Notes: generated by a model not told the origin, from the sequence alone. Shown: positions 32,223 to 40,582, counted from the first letter of the stretch. The stretch: 64,000 bases of DNA from Acidobacteriota bacterium (GCA_965209055.1 OZ242374.1:3808001-3872000), one strand, 5' to 3'. Made by a program: numbers and translations.

Positions 32223-32331
32223 AGAAGTGAGCGACCCCCCCGCGCATGCCGCGCCGGTGTCCAACGGAGTGGAACACTGGCAGCGCTTGCGTGACGTGCG
32301 AGGCACGAAAACAGGGGGGTCGCTCACTTCT
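32223..32331 (-). other. Long branched hairpin HP1
   Basis: 18-bp stem AGAAGTGAGCGACCCCCC / GGGGGGTCGCTCACTTCT. Confidence 0.75.
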
Positions 32332-32639
32332 CCTACCCGGACTCCCCGTCCGGGCGCGCCTTCTCCCGAAAGGCGGGGACAAACCGAAGGGGCTCAACAG
32401 AATGGCGGAAAGGGAGCGTGTAACACTCGCTGCTCCGAGAGTGGAACACACCCCCCCATGTGTGTTTCACATCCTGGGACTTCGCCGGACAGGACCGACG
32501 GAGGTGGAACACGGCCCGGGAGCGGTCCGCCACATTGCCGTCAATGGGGCTTTCCGTACTCTTCGCAGCCCGTGGATCCACGACGTCCACAGGGTCCACC
32601 CGGGACCGGGCGTGCGCGGCCCCTCAGGCGCTCCACAAA

Positions 32640-33040
32640 CTTAACCCCGGTTCCGCTGGAATCCGGACCGAGAGCCAGGTCCGGCCCCAGTCGATGCGGA
32701 TGCGGTTTTGCGGGATGGGGGCGGTGGCCCGCTCCGGCCGGAGGTCGTCGCGGGCCACCGCGACGACGTGGAACGGTCCTTTCCGTGCGCGCAACGCGGC
32801 CCAGAGCCGGGCGTGCTCCGCCCCCCACGAGGGCAACTCCGAGTCGGTGTCTCGGCCGGGATCGACATAGACGAAGGTCGCCCGGTCCTCCTCCAGGGCC
32901 AGGGGGACCTTGCGGGGGAAGTACCGGCCCCGTCCCTGGGCGTGGCCGGCATAGTGGCGGCGGATCCGCCGCCGGGAAAGGCCGAGCGCCTCCAGCGCCT
33001 GCGACAGCTGCGTCACCTGCGGATCGACAGGGTTCATGGA
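32640..33040 (-). pseudogene. Fragment of a replication/relaxation-like mobile-element protein
   Basis: ALEALG...RYFPRKVPLALEEDRATFVYVDPG..WGAEHARLWAALR; paralogous remnant at ~36080-36360; family assignment is inference. Confidence 0.55.
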
Positions 33041-33118
33041 GAGGTGAAAGGGCTTCCCGGTGTCGATCTGGAGGTGTAAGGGAGACAATGGAGGCGAGTT
33101 ACATCGCGGAAGTCTTTC

Positions 33119-33420
33119 GACTTACACGAGCGATTTCCCCGATCTCTTTGACGCTCAAGCAGTTACGGACATATTCTCGGCTCCGCCGCGTCCGCACGGG
33201 GAAAATGGAAGTGGACGGGAGCGACCCCCCCTTTTTGCTGCCCGGTGCGGGCACGGCGGTGTTGCGCAACTTACGTTTGCGCAACACCGACTGGGGGGTC
33301 GCTCCCGTCGCATCTATCCCTGTCGGGAAGGCCTGAACTGACACCTGCGGTGTGGCCGGCTAGAGTCTAATGAGCGCCCGGTACGGCAACTTGGAACGGT
33401 CCCTCCATCATGCGGCCAAG
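33119..33420 (+). repeat. ~300-bp structured element, copy A (contains hairpin HP2, 33214-33309)
   Basis: Colinear similarity to 36470-36773; 17-bp outer stem, 13-bp inner stem. Confidence 0.8.
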
Positions 33421-33684
33421 GCGTTGCCGTAGACGGCCTCTGTAGGCCTGGAACGAACCGAAGAAAGGTTACGTAAACGCTCCCCGAACCAACACCCCAC
33501 CGCAACGATCCGCACCCGACGGCTCTCCGCCAGCCGGTCGATCTCATACGCGCGTCTTTATCATTATGTCAGTCATGGCCTCCAGGTCCGCCGTCGTGGA
33601 GCGAACTGCGGGACAGGGGCTCCAAAGGAGGTTTCATGAGTCCCTTGCTTCGGTCGAGGATCTTTTTGCAATCCCAGGCCAAAC

Positions 33685-34866
33685 TCAAGGCCCACCGTGT
33701 TGGTTGGACCGCCATTGATCGACCATCCAATCCATGACCCTGATGAACTCAGTCAATCGACCACCCCTCACGAGTTCCGAAAGGTTGATGCGAGGCCATC
33801 CTGTCATGCCTGCTCTTTTGAGCGAAAATCCAGGGATTCCAACGAGCTTCTTCCGAAGCGAATCCCTGACTTCCTCCCGGTCAAACGGTGCGCGACGCCG
33901 TAAGGCTGTCATGCAAAGCCACGTCGCCCTTGCGCTGCTTTCCATCTGGAGCAACGCTACCGATCCGGGAAGCCGGATCAGGCACTGTGGTCCGCGAGTC
34001 GTGGTTTCGAACGTGAGATCGAGGCCCATCTTCCTCGACCAAGTAAGGATCTCGCGCACTGCAAGCAATACGTTTCCGTCTCGGTCTTCGTGGGTACGAA
34101 CCGCATCCAGGAAGGTTTCTTCTTCCATGGCAACTCGTGGTGGTCTCGGTTGTGTTATCTGCTTGGTTTGCCTCCTCGCCTCCGTTTGTCCCGTAACTCT
34201 TGGGACCAAGACTCTGACTCCCTCGCCGGTAAACTGGTGAATCTCAACCGCAAGCGCCTCCGTAGGAGTCATCACCTCGTTGAGGAATTCAATGATCCGC
34301 CGCAACTCTGTGGGAATCGTATCCGCTACGAAAAGCAGCCGAATTCTCTTGTCGCGAAGATTGCTCTCTACGGCATCCCAGAAGTGATCCACGTAGGATT
34401 CATCCGCTTCGCTGGCGCGTCCGAGAAAATCCTGAAGTTTCAAACTCGCGTTCTCGCCGTCTCTTCTGCAACCTTCCTCGAATTGCGAACGAACCCACCC
34501 AACAGGCCAGTGCACTGTTGAGTTTGCCGCATAGTCAAGCATCTGGCCGACGACCTCTCGGCGGATCCTGCTGTCCGAACTCCGCTTAACCTCGACGAAC
34601 GTGGGGATGCCATCCTGATCGAGAAACAGGTGGTCGAGCGACCATCGGCCGGCACCCGTGTCGTCGTGGACGGTCATTTCGCGCGCGACTAGCAGAAACC
34701 TGCGGGGAAAATCGGGATTGATCTGTTCGCCGCCGAGGAGATCCGGATGCTTAGTCACGATTGTCTGTAGCAAGTCCTCGGAGTCGTACTCTGTCTCGTC
34801 CAATGGCGCAAGTTCCTTGTTCGGGTGCAGCAAAAAAATCCGGCCACTTTGCGTCATGGGAGTCAA
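33685..34866 (-). CDS. PD-(D/E)XK nuclease, NucS/EndoMS-like N-terminal domain
   Basis: SEDLLQ, SLDHLFLDQDGIPTFVEVKR, VVGQMLDYAAN. Confidence 0.75.
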   Translation of the reverse strand: MTPMTQSGRIFLLHPNKELAPLDETEYDSEDLLQTIVTKHPDLLGGEQINPDFPRRFLLVAREMTVHDDTGAGRWSLDHLFLDQDGIPTFVEVKRSSDSRIRREVVGQMLDYAANSTVHWPVGWVRSQFEEGCRRDGENASLKLQDFLGRASEADESYVDHFWDAVESNLRDKRIRLLFVADTIPTELRRIIEFLNEVMTPTEALAVEIHQFTGEGVRVLVPRVTGQTEARRQTKQITQPRPPRVAMEEETFLDAVRTHEDRDGNVLLAVREILTWSRKMGLDLTFETTTRGPQCLIRLPGSVALLQMESSARATWLCMTALRRRAPFDREEVRDSLRKKLVGIPGFSLKRAGMTGWPRINLSELVRGGRLTEFIRVMDWMVDQWRSNQHGGP

Positions 34867-35464
34867 TTCGTCCGCTGCCCGTCAAACTCTTCGGATCAAG
34901 CTCTGCGAGCAAGAGTCAGCTTGCCATGGTTTCGGCATTCTATCGGACCCAGAAGTGACAGGAAGCGCCGATCCCGGAGCGTCGCCCGCTTTTTCCCGGC
35001 GCCACCACCCGAAGCAGGTCCGCTCAAAGCACATGGCCTTTCCCTGCGGGGACGAGAAAGGGGCGGGGCTGTCCAACAACGCTTGTGAGGAAACGGACCA
35101 GCGCCACCCGAGAAAACGAATTCTCACGATACCGGAGAGGTTTTGACCGGACAAGAAGAAGAGACACACCAACTGAAAACCCCTGGCAAGAGAACGCCGA
35201 GTCTCCCAGGTCGAGCGGTATCCCCCGTGGAATATCAGAGATTTCCCACCGGGTGAGCCCTTTTGCTGACCCCACAATCAGCACCCCCCACGGAAGAAAG
35301 CCGGGCATTTGGCTGGAAGCACGACGAGACCGCACGGGTGTCCCATTCTGATGGGACGCGCGACGAACAGGAGCGCCCGGTTCACTGGCGGCAAGGAGAG
35401 CCGCCAGGGGTTCTGGCGCCACTTGGGGAGTCTGGGGGGATAGGTCCCCCCAGTCCGTCATCCG

Positions 35465-35653
35465 TTACGGCTTGCCGTAATTGTGGCCCAAGACGACGTC
35501 GGCCCGCCGTTCGAGGACCTCGACCACGGTCGCGGTCCAAGCCTCTCGGCCCCGCGTTGTGATCTGGACGGAGCAGCCGACTGGGCTTTCGGGGAGATTG
35601 CCGGTGTCTCCACGCGGCGACCCGGGGCTGCTGACGTGTCCGTTCACGGCCAC
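35465..35653 (-). pseudogene. Small beta-rich domain remnant, paralog of 38475-38735
   Basis: LPESPVGCSVQITTRGREAWTATVVEVLERRAD vs LPERLAGCSIEITPRRGDSGTATVTKVIERRGD. Confidence 0.55.
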
Positions 35654-35676
35654 GAAGGGCCAGAGACATCCGTTTC
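35638..35676 (+). repeat. 39-bp module-end repeat, copy A
   Basis: GTCCGTTCACGGCCACGAAGGGCCAGAGACATCCGTTTC; 33/39 match to 40286-40324. Confidence 0.7.
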
Positions 35677-35815
35677 ACCCCAAACTGGCGCCAGAAGTCG
35701 CCGCCGCGCCCTTTCCCTCTTCCGTTGCTTGGCTCAGAGACATTTTCCTTTAATCCCTTCCCCATCCCCCCGTTCGGTCTCCGCCCCCCTCCGGGTTGGC
35801 CGGTGCCATCGAGGG

Positions 35816-35983
35816 TCATTCAGGGCCGTTGGGATAGGCTTTGAAGACGCCGGCCAGCAGGATCGAGAACACGACAACGACGAACGTCACGACGACGAGC
35901 GCCACCAGGCCGACCCACTTGAGGATGTGCCAGACGACGGACCAAACCGTTCGCCAAGGCGCCCTCACGGTTTCGCCTTGCAT
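35816..35983 (-). CDS. 55-aa single-TM membrane peptide
   Basis: MQGETVRAPWRTVWSVVWHILKWVGLVALVVVTFVVVVFSILLAGVFKAYPNGPE*, preceded by GGAGGTGA SD; below ORF-track cutoff. Confidence 0.65.
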   Translation of the reverse strand: MQGETVRAPWRTVWSVVWHILKWVGLVALVVVTFVVVVFSILLAGVFKAYPNGPE

Positions 35984-36079
35984 ATCACCTCCAAGTCTAC
36001 GACGGCATTATGCCACTTCGAATGGGCTTTGCCGACCGATTGTCACCACGGGAGGACTCTGCCTGAGGCCGAAGGTGTC

Positions 36080-36360
36080 CGGATTCGAGCGGCGGGGCAT
36101 TCCCAAGAATCCTCATCCCCGACAAGTGTACTGCGGCGCGGTGGGGAGGACCCGGCGCTACTTGGCATTCAAACTGCCGATTGCCTTCGAGGCGGCCCGG
36201 ACCGTCTTCGTCCGTGTCGATCCCGGGCACTCGACAGACCAGGTCCTGCTCAACTTCTACGGTGGGGTGACGGCCGCCCTGAAGCGGGTCGTCGAGCTGC
36301 AACCAGCGGCGGAAGGTCGCTCCTTCCAGGTCGTGATCGGCGGTGAACGCACTTGGCATT
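36080..36360 (+). pseudogene. Second replication/relaxation-like protein remnant
   Basis: RQVYCGAVGRTRRYLAFKLPIAFEAARTVFVRVDPG matches the motif order of 32640-33040. Confidence 0.5.
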
Positions 36361-36469
36361 CGCAAATGCTGCGGGAGGCTCGTTTCGGCAGTGCGAAAAG
36401 GGGGTCACGTGGCCGATCCGGGAGTGTGAATGGGACATGCGCGGTGGATTCACAAAAAGCAGTCCCGAA

Positions 36470-36773
36470 GACTCACAAAGACGCTTTCCCCGATCTCCTT
36501 GCCTTTCATTCAGTAACGGCCACATTCCCGGCTTCGCCGTGCCCGATCCGGGAGATCGGAGGTAAACGGGAGCGCCCCCCCCCCTTTTTCCTGCCCGGTG
36601 CGGGTGCGGGGGTGCTGCGCAATTTACATCTGCGCCACACCCCCTGGGGGGGTCGCTCCCGTTTAAAATATCCTGACGGGAAGGTCAGAATTGACACCCG
36701 TGGCGTGGCGGAACAGAGCCTGATGAGCGCGCGGATCGGTAACTTGGAACGGTCCCTCTATCAGGCAGCCAAG
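36470..36773 (+). repeat. ~300-bp structured element, copy B (contains hairpin HP3, 36563-36665)
   Basis: Colinear with 33119-33420, with compensatory stem changes. Confidence 0.8.
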
Positions 36774-36893
36774 ATGCTTCGGAGTCGGCGAACCTATTAC
36801 TGTCCACACTGTGGCTATCAGGGCCGCCGCAGTCCCTGTCCTCGCTTCGGCGACAAGTGCGAACCCATCCCAGTCAGGAGAAAGAAACGCTGA
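36723..36893 (+). CDS. 56-aa zinc-ribbon-like small protein
   Basis: MSARIGNLERSLYQAAK...CPHCG...CPRFGDKC; truncated paralog MSARYGNLERSLHHAAKALP* at 33370-33432. Confidence 0.55.
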   Translation: MSARIGNLERSLYQAAKMLRSRRTYYCPHCGYQGRRSPCPRFGDKCEPIPVRRKKR

Positions 36894-37473
36894 GCTTCGA
36901 GCGAACGTGCGCCGCCGGCCGCGATCTGCTGGGCAATGCGCATTCCCCAGCACTATGGGCACTGCGAGAAGGTCACCGAGACCCTGTTGCACTGGATGGA
37001 GTCCCGGCCCTGTGTCCGGTGCGGCCGGGACATTCGCATGGTCGAGCCGCTGTGTGAGCGTCGTAGTCGGTGTCAGATGGTGGTCGCGCACTATCGGGAA
37101 CGGGCCGACCGGCGAGACGACGGCGGGCTGGGTCAGCCGGCCAGCGAGAAACAGGGAATCAGCTATCTCACCATCCCGGGACCGGAAGCGGAGGACCGTC
37201 TTGGACATGGCAGCGATCCGGTGGCGACACTTAGGGGAGCGTTCTGGCGGCAAGTCGATTTTGCATTCTTCGGGCGTGATACGCCTCCGGCGCTAAGGGC
37301 GACCGGGAAGTACCAGAGGCAAGGTAGGCTGTGATGATACCTGCGAATCATGTAGCCATGCTGTTTCCCAAAGGAGCCCGCTACCGACCCCCTGATCCGC
37401 TTCCTGATTGGGGTCCCTGCAGGCGATTGGCCGATCGTTTCCCAAGCTCCCGTGAACACAGTAGTCGTCTCTA

Positions 37474-37512
37474 TTGACACCAAATATATATCCATTATAA
37501 TCGATATAATGG
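37474..37512 (+). promoter_or_regulatory. Sigma70 promoter with overlapping palindromic operator
   Basis: TTGACA(37474)-16bp-TATAAT(37496); CCATTATA-N5-TATAATGG at 37492-37512. Confidence 0.7.
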
Positions 37513-37539
37513 TTTCATTGGAAATGGGGAGGGACTAGA

Positions 37540-38469
37540 ATGAAGACACTCCGTATGGACAATCCAACTTACGAGAGGCTGGCAAGTCATGCTCGACCAT
37601 TCGAAACTGAGAGTCAGGTCATCAACCGCGCTCTGGATGAACTCGATCAAAAGGCGAATACTTCTTCCTGGGCCAATGGTCCTGGGATGCATTCGGAAAG
37701 GCGGATCGATCCGCTACGCCTCCCTGACATGATGTTCACAAAGGTGTTAGATGCAAGCATTCATGGAAGGGTGGTCATACGGCCGAACTGGAACCGTCTG
37801 CTGCTGAGAATGGTTAGGTTGGCAAATGAGCACGCTACTAATTTCGATGAGCTCGTCCGCCTCTTTCCGATGACCAATATCGTCTCCGGGCGGAAGGTCA
37901 ACCAAGGTTTCCGCTACCTGTCCGACATCAACGTTTCAGTGCAAGGGCAACCTGCCAACTCAGCCGGTCCATCAATCGTGATGACTGCACAGAAACTCGA
38001 TATTGCCTTGAACATCGGTTTCATGTGGCGGGACAAGGAAGAAGCTGCATATCCTGGAGACCGCGGCCGTATCCTGATGACCGGCTCCACAATCTCCAGA
38101 GAGGACAGAATGCAATCGCCGCCGGAGCCGGTGAAGGAGCCCTCGCTCCTAATCCTAAGGGGAAAGCGCGATGGCATCGCTGTAACTGCACACGGTCGCG
38201 AAAACGAGCGAGGCTTCCTCGTACGGTCTGGTTCGATAGCAGCTAAGACCCAGACTCGATCGATTTCCAAGGGCTACTCTAAGTTGCGAGATGATCTGGT
38301 TCGACAGGGAGTCTTTAAGAGTGAGGGACTCGTGTACCGACTCGACCGAGACTATCTCTTTCGCTCACCCTCCGCCGCATCCAGTGTCCTTTTGGGTAGA
38401 GAAAGTAATGGGCTCACCGAATGGAAGGACCCCACCGGGAGAACACTGAAGGAGATCCAGGAGGACTGA
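37540..38469 (+). CDS. RHH/SeqA-N-like + SepA-family core + DUF4357 (RAMA-like) protein
   Basis: MKTLRMDNPTYERLASHARPFETESQVINRALD; C-terminal FLVRSGS...DYLFRSPSAASSVLLGRESNGLTEWKD..GRTLKE. Confidence 0.75.
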   Translation: MKTLRMDNPTYERLASHARPFETESQVINRALDELDQKANTSSWANGPGMHSERRIDPLRLPDMMFTKVLDASIHGRVVIRPNWNRLLLRMVRLANEHATNFDELVRLFPMTNIVSGRKVNQGFRYLSDINVSVQGQPANSAGPSIVMTAQKLDIALNIGFMWRDKEEAAYPGDRGRILMTGSTISREDRMQSPPEPVKEPSLLILRGKRDGIAVTAHGRENERGFLVRSGSIAAKTQTRSISKGYSKLRDDLVRQGVFKSEGLVYRLDRDYLFRSPSAASSVLLGRESNGLTEWKDPTGRTLKEIQED

Positions 38470-38474
38470 CTCAG

Positions 38475-38735
38475 ATGACCGTGGGCGCCCTCCCGACTCA
38501 ACCGCCGCCGGTTGAGCCGCCTGCGCCTGCGAATCGGAGTTGGAGTCATTACAAGCTCGAAGATGGCTCCTGGGATCCGTCCTACCTGAGCGACGCCGGC
38601 AAGCTCCCCGAGCGCTTGGCCGGATGCTCCATCGAGATCACACCCCGGCGGGGAGACTCAGGTACCGCCACCGTGACCAAGGTCATTGAGCGCCGGGGGG
38701 ATTTCATTCTGGTCCGTGACTCGGGCAAGGGTTAA
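38475..38735 (+). CDS. Small hypothetical mobile-element protein
   Basis: Paralog of 35465-35653. Confidence 0.5.
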   Translation: MTVGALPTQPPPVEPPAPANRSWSHYKLEDGSWDPSYLSDAGKLPERLAGCSIEITPRRGDSGTATVTKVIERRGDFILVRDSGKG

Positions 38736-38760
38736 ACTGGACTGAATTGGAGGGAAACCC

Positions 38761-38997
38761 ATGGGAGTCATGGTAAGCGAGATTTACGACGCGTTGATCG
38801 ATGCTGGCGCGACTGAAGCTAAGGCACGAGCGGCGGCAGAGGCCATCCCCATCAGTGACCGGTTAGCCACCAAACAGGACATAATCGAACTCAAAACCGA
38901 CATCGCCAGCCTGAAAGCAGATTCCAAGATCCTCAAGTATGTCTTCGCTCCTGCTGTCATCCTCTTGCTCCTCAAAATCGCATTCTTCTCCGGCTGA
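38761..38997 (+). CDS. DUF1640/CCDC90-like coiled-coil + TM protein
   Basis: YDALIDAGATEAKARAAAEA..LATKQDI, C-terminal TM, GGAGG SD. Confidence 0.7.
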   Translation: MGVMVSEIYDALIDAGATEAKARAAAEAIPISDRLATKQDIIELKTDIASLKADSKILKYVFAPAVILLLLKIAFFSG

Positions 38998-38998
38998 T

Positions 38999-39793
38999 AT
39001 GAAGCCGCCCACCGACGCTCCGGCCAACGTCCACGTGGACCCGGAATTCAAGAGTTGGACGCCGCCTGCAATCTGGTGGGAGCAACCCGAAAGGTTGTCG
39101 TCGTTGATGACCTTCTACCTGTGCCGTCCGGGGGGCATTGCCCGGAGTGAGGCAGTCTCGATAGTCAAGCCGTATATCAAAGAGCGCGGGTATAAAACTC
39201 GTAGCACGGTCGCGGATTGGAAGGCTCATGCAAAGTGGTGGACGGAACCGAAACGCCACCCTGAATTCATCTTCGACGAAAAAGCCTATGCGGCAGGAAC
39301 GCTCGTCTTGATTTCGGATGGTCCACTAGGACGGAAGGAACTCATCGAGCTAATCGAACGCCTACACCGGAACACCCGGAACAGGAGGGGACATTCTGGT
39401 ACTGTTCCGGTCAAGTATGAGCCAAAGGACTACGACATCGGGAATGGGAGCAAATACGTGTATGCCTACTACTATCCCAGATACCGCGAAAAAGGGGAGG
39501 CAGATTTCCTGATCAAGATAGGCCGCGCTAACGATTATCCAGAACGGATCAAAGCCCAAACAACGGAGATACCAGAAGAAGCCGAAGTCTCAGTAGTGTG
39601 GCGAACGGACCAGCCAGAGGCCGCAGAGAAGCTGTTACACGGACTTTTGACATTCCGTGGCAAACACGTGCTCGATGCTCCAGGCAGAGAATGGTTCCGG
39701 ACATCACCCCATGAAATCCGCCAAATTATTGAGTGTATTCAACCGGGTGTGAGCATCCAGAATATCCCGACGGCTGAGGGGATTCAGACCTAG
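38999..39793 (+). CDS. GIY-YIG nuclease, T5orf172/MUG113-like
   Basis: YVYAY, LIKIGRA, ERI..Q, AEKLLH, GREWF. Confidence 0.8.
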   Translation: MKPPTDAPANVHVDPEFKSWTPPAIWWEQPERLSSLMTFYLCRPGGIARSEAVSIVKPYIKERGYKTRSTVADWKAHAKWWTEPKRHPEFIFDEKAYAAGTLVLISDGPLGRKELIELIERLHRNTRNRRGHSGTVPVKYEPKDYDIGNGSKYVYAYYYPRYREKGEADFLIKIGRANDYPERIKAQTTEIPEEAEVSVVWRTDQPEAAEKLLHGLLTFRGKHVLDAPGREWFRTSPHEIRQIIECIQPGVSIQNIPTAEGIQT

Positions 39794-39951
39794 GACACCA
39801 GTCTTCTCCACTTTGGCCGATTCCCACCTGATTCCAGGCCCCGCAAGCCGCGTTTGTTTTGGCGGCCATGCAAAAGTGCAGTAAGGTGGCCGTCGATAAT
39901 GTCAAGCCTTGTGGCGTGGGCGCGTGGGTATCCAGGACCGAAGGTCCGTTG

Positions 39952-40284
39952 GTAACCGTTCGGTCAAGCCGTGGGGATCGACTTCCTGAGCCGGGCCTAC
40001 GGCCTGGCGCTCAATGGGGGGCGAGCACCTGACGAAACGGCACTCTTCCACCTCCAACGGGATGGAGGTTCAGAGTGGCCCTTGTGACCAATGATGTCGG
40101 AACGATGCGGTTGGATCGCGTGCCGGCAAGGACTTTGCCGCCGACGGTCACCTGCCGTTATCCTTTCCCAGGGAGGTCTTACCGCCGCGAAGAGTGGTTC
40201 AAGTCCGATAGCAACCCACCGGGAATTGATCACGCGGCGAGGATGACAACCGACCGTTCTTCCACGGCTTGACCTAACGATTAC
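39952..40284. mobile_element. Non-autonomous IS derivative (MITE) with GTAA ends, IS66-like
   Basis: TIR GTAACCGTTCGGTCAAGCCGTGG / CCACGGCTTGACCTAACGATTAC (21/23); flanking direct repeat GGTCCGTT at 39943 and 40285. Confidence 0.7.
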
Positions 40285-40285
40285 G

Positions 40286-40324
40286 GTCCGTTTACGGCCA
40301 CGAAAGGCCAATGGCATCCGATTC
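40286..40324 (+). repeat. 39-bp module-end repeat, copy B
   Basis: GTCCGTTTACGGCCACGAAAGGCCAATGGCATCCGATTC. Confidence 0.7.
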
Positions 40325-40413
40325 GATCAGGTGGACAGAATGGGGGGAATAGCGTCGCCGAAATATTCGTAACTCTTTTATGGTAAATGGTTTACGGAGA
40401 TTATGGGATCAGT

Positions 40414-40527
40414 CCGGCGGACTGCGTTGCGATTCGGGCACATACTCCCGGTATGCACCCGAATCGCGCCTTGTCCGGCGGGCGCAGGAACGGTCTCGGT
40501 GCTCGCGGGACTTTCACCACGGACTGT
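40414..40527. mobile_element. attR core plus right half of palindromic MITE
   Basis: CCGGCGGACTGCGTT; hairpin GCGATTCGGG..CATAC/GTATG..CCCGAATCGC (40429-40467); GACTTTCACCACGGACTGT|TA. Confidence 0.7.
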
Positions 40528-40561
40528 TAAGATCGTCCACCCAGGGTCCGGTGCTCTGTTT

Positions 40562-40582
40562 GACTTTCACGACGGGCTGCTA
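40562..40582. mobile_element. Orphan extra right TIR of the same MITE/IS family
   Basis: GACTTTCACGACGGGCTGC|TA. Confidence 0.6.

Larger units (their letters stand above)
30565..40428. mobile_element. Tyrosine-integrase genomic island (~9.9 kb)
   Basis: Integrase at left end; flanking direct repeats CCGGCGGGCTGCATT / CCGGCGGACTGCGTT; AT-rich IHF-like tracts near both ends; accessory cargo. Confidence 0.75.

Noticed and set aside
34880-35400. Possible oriT or att remnant
   Set aside because: Only short hairpins and weak motif resemblance; not supportable by eye.
36936-37495. Overlapping short ORFs in module B
   Set aside because: No recognisable domain or consistent frame.
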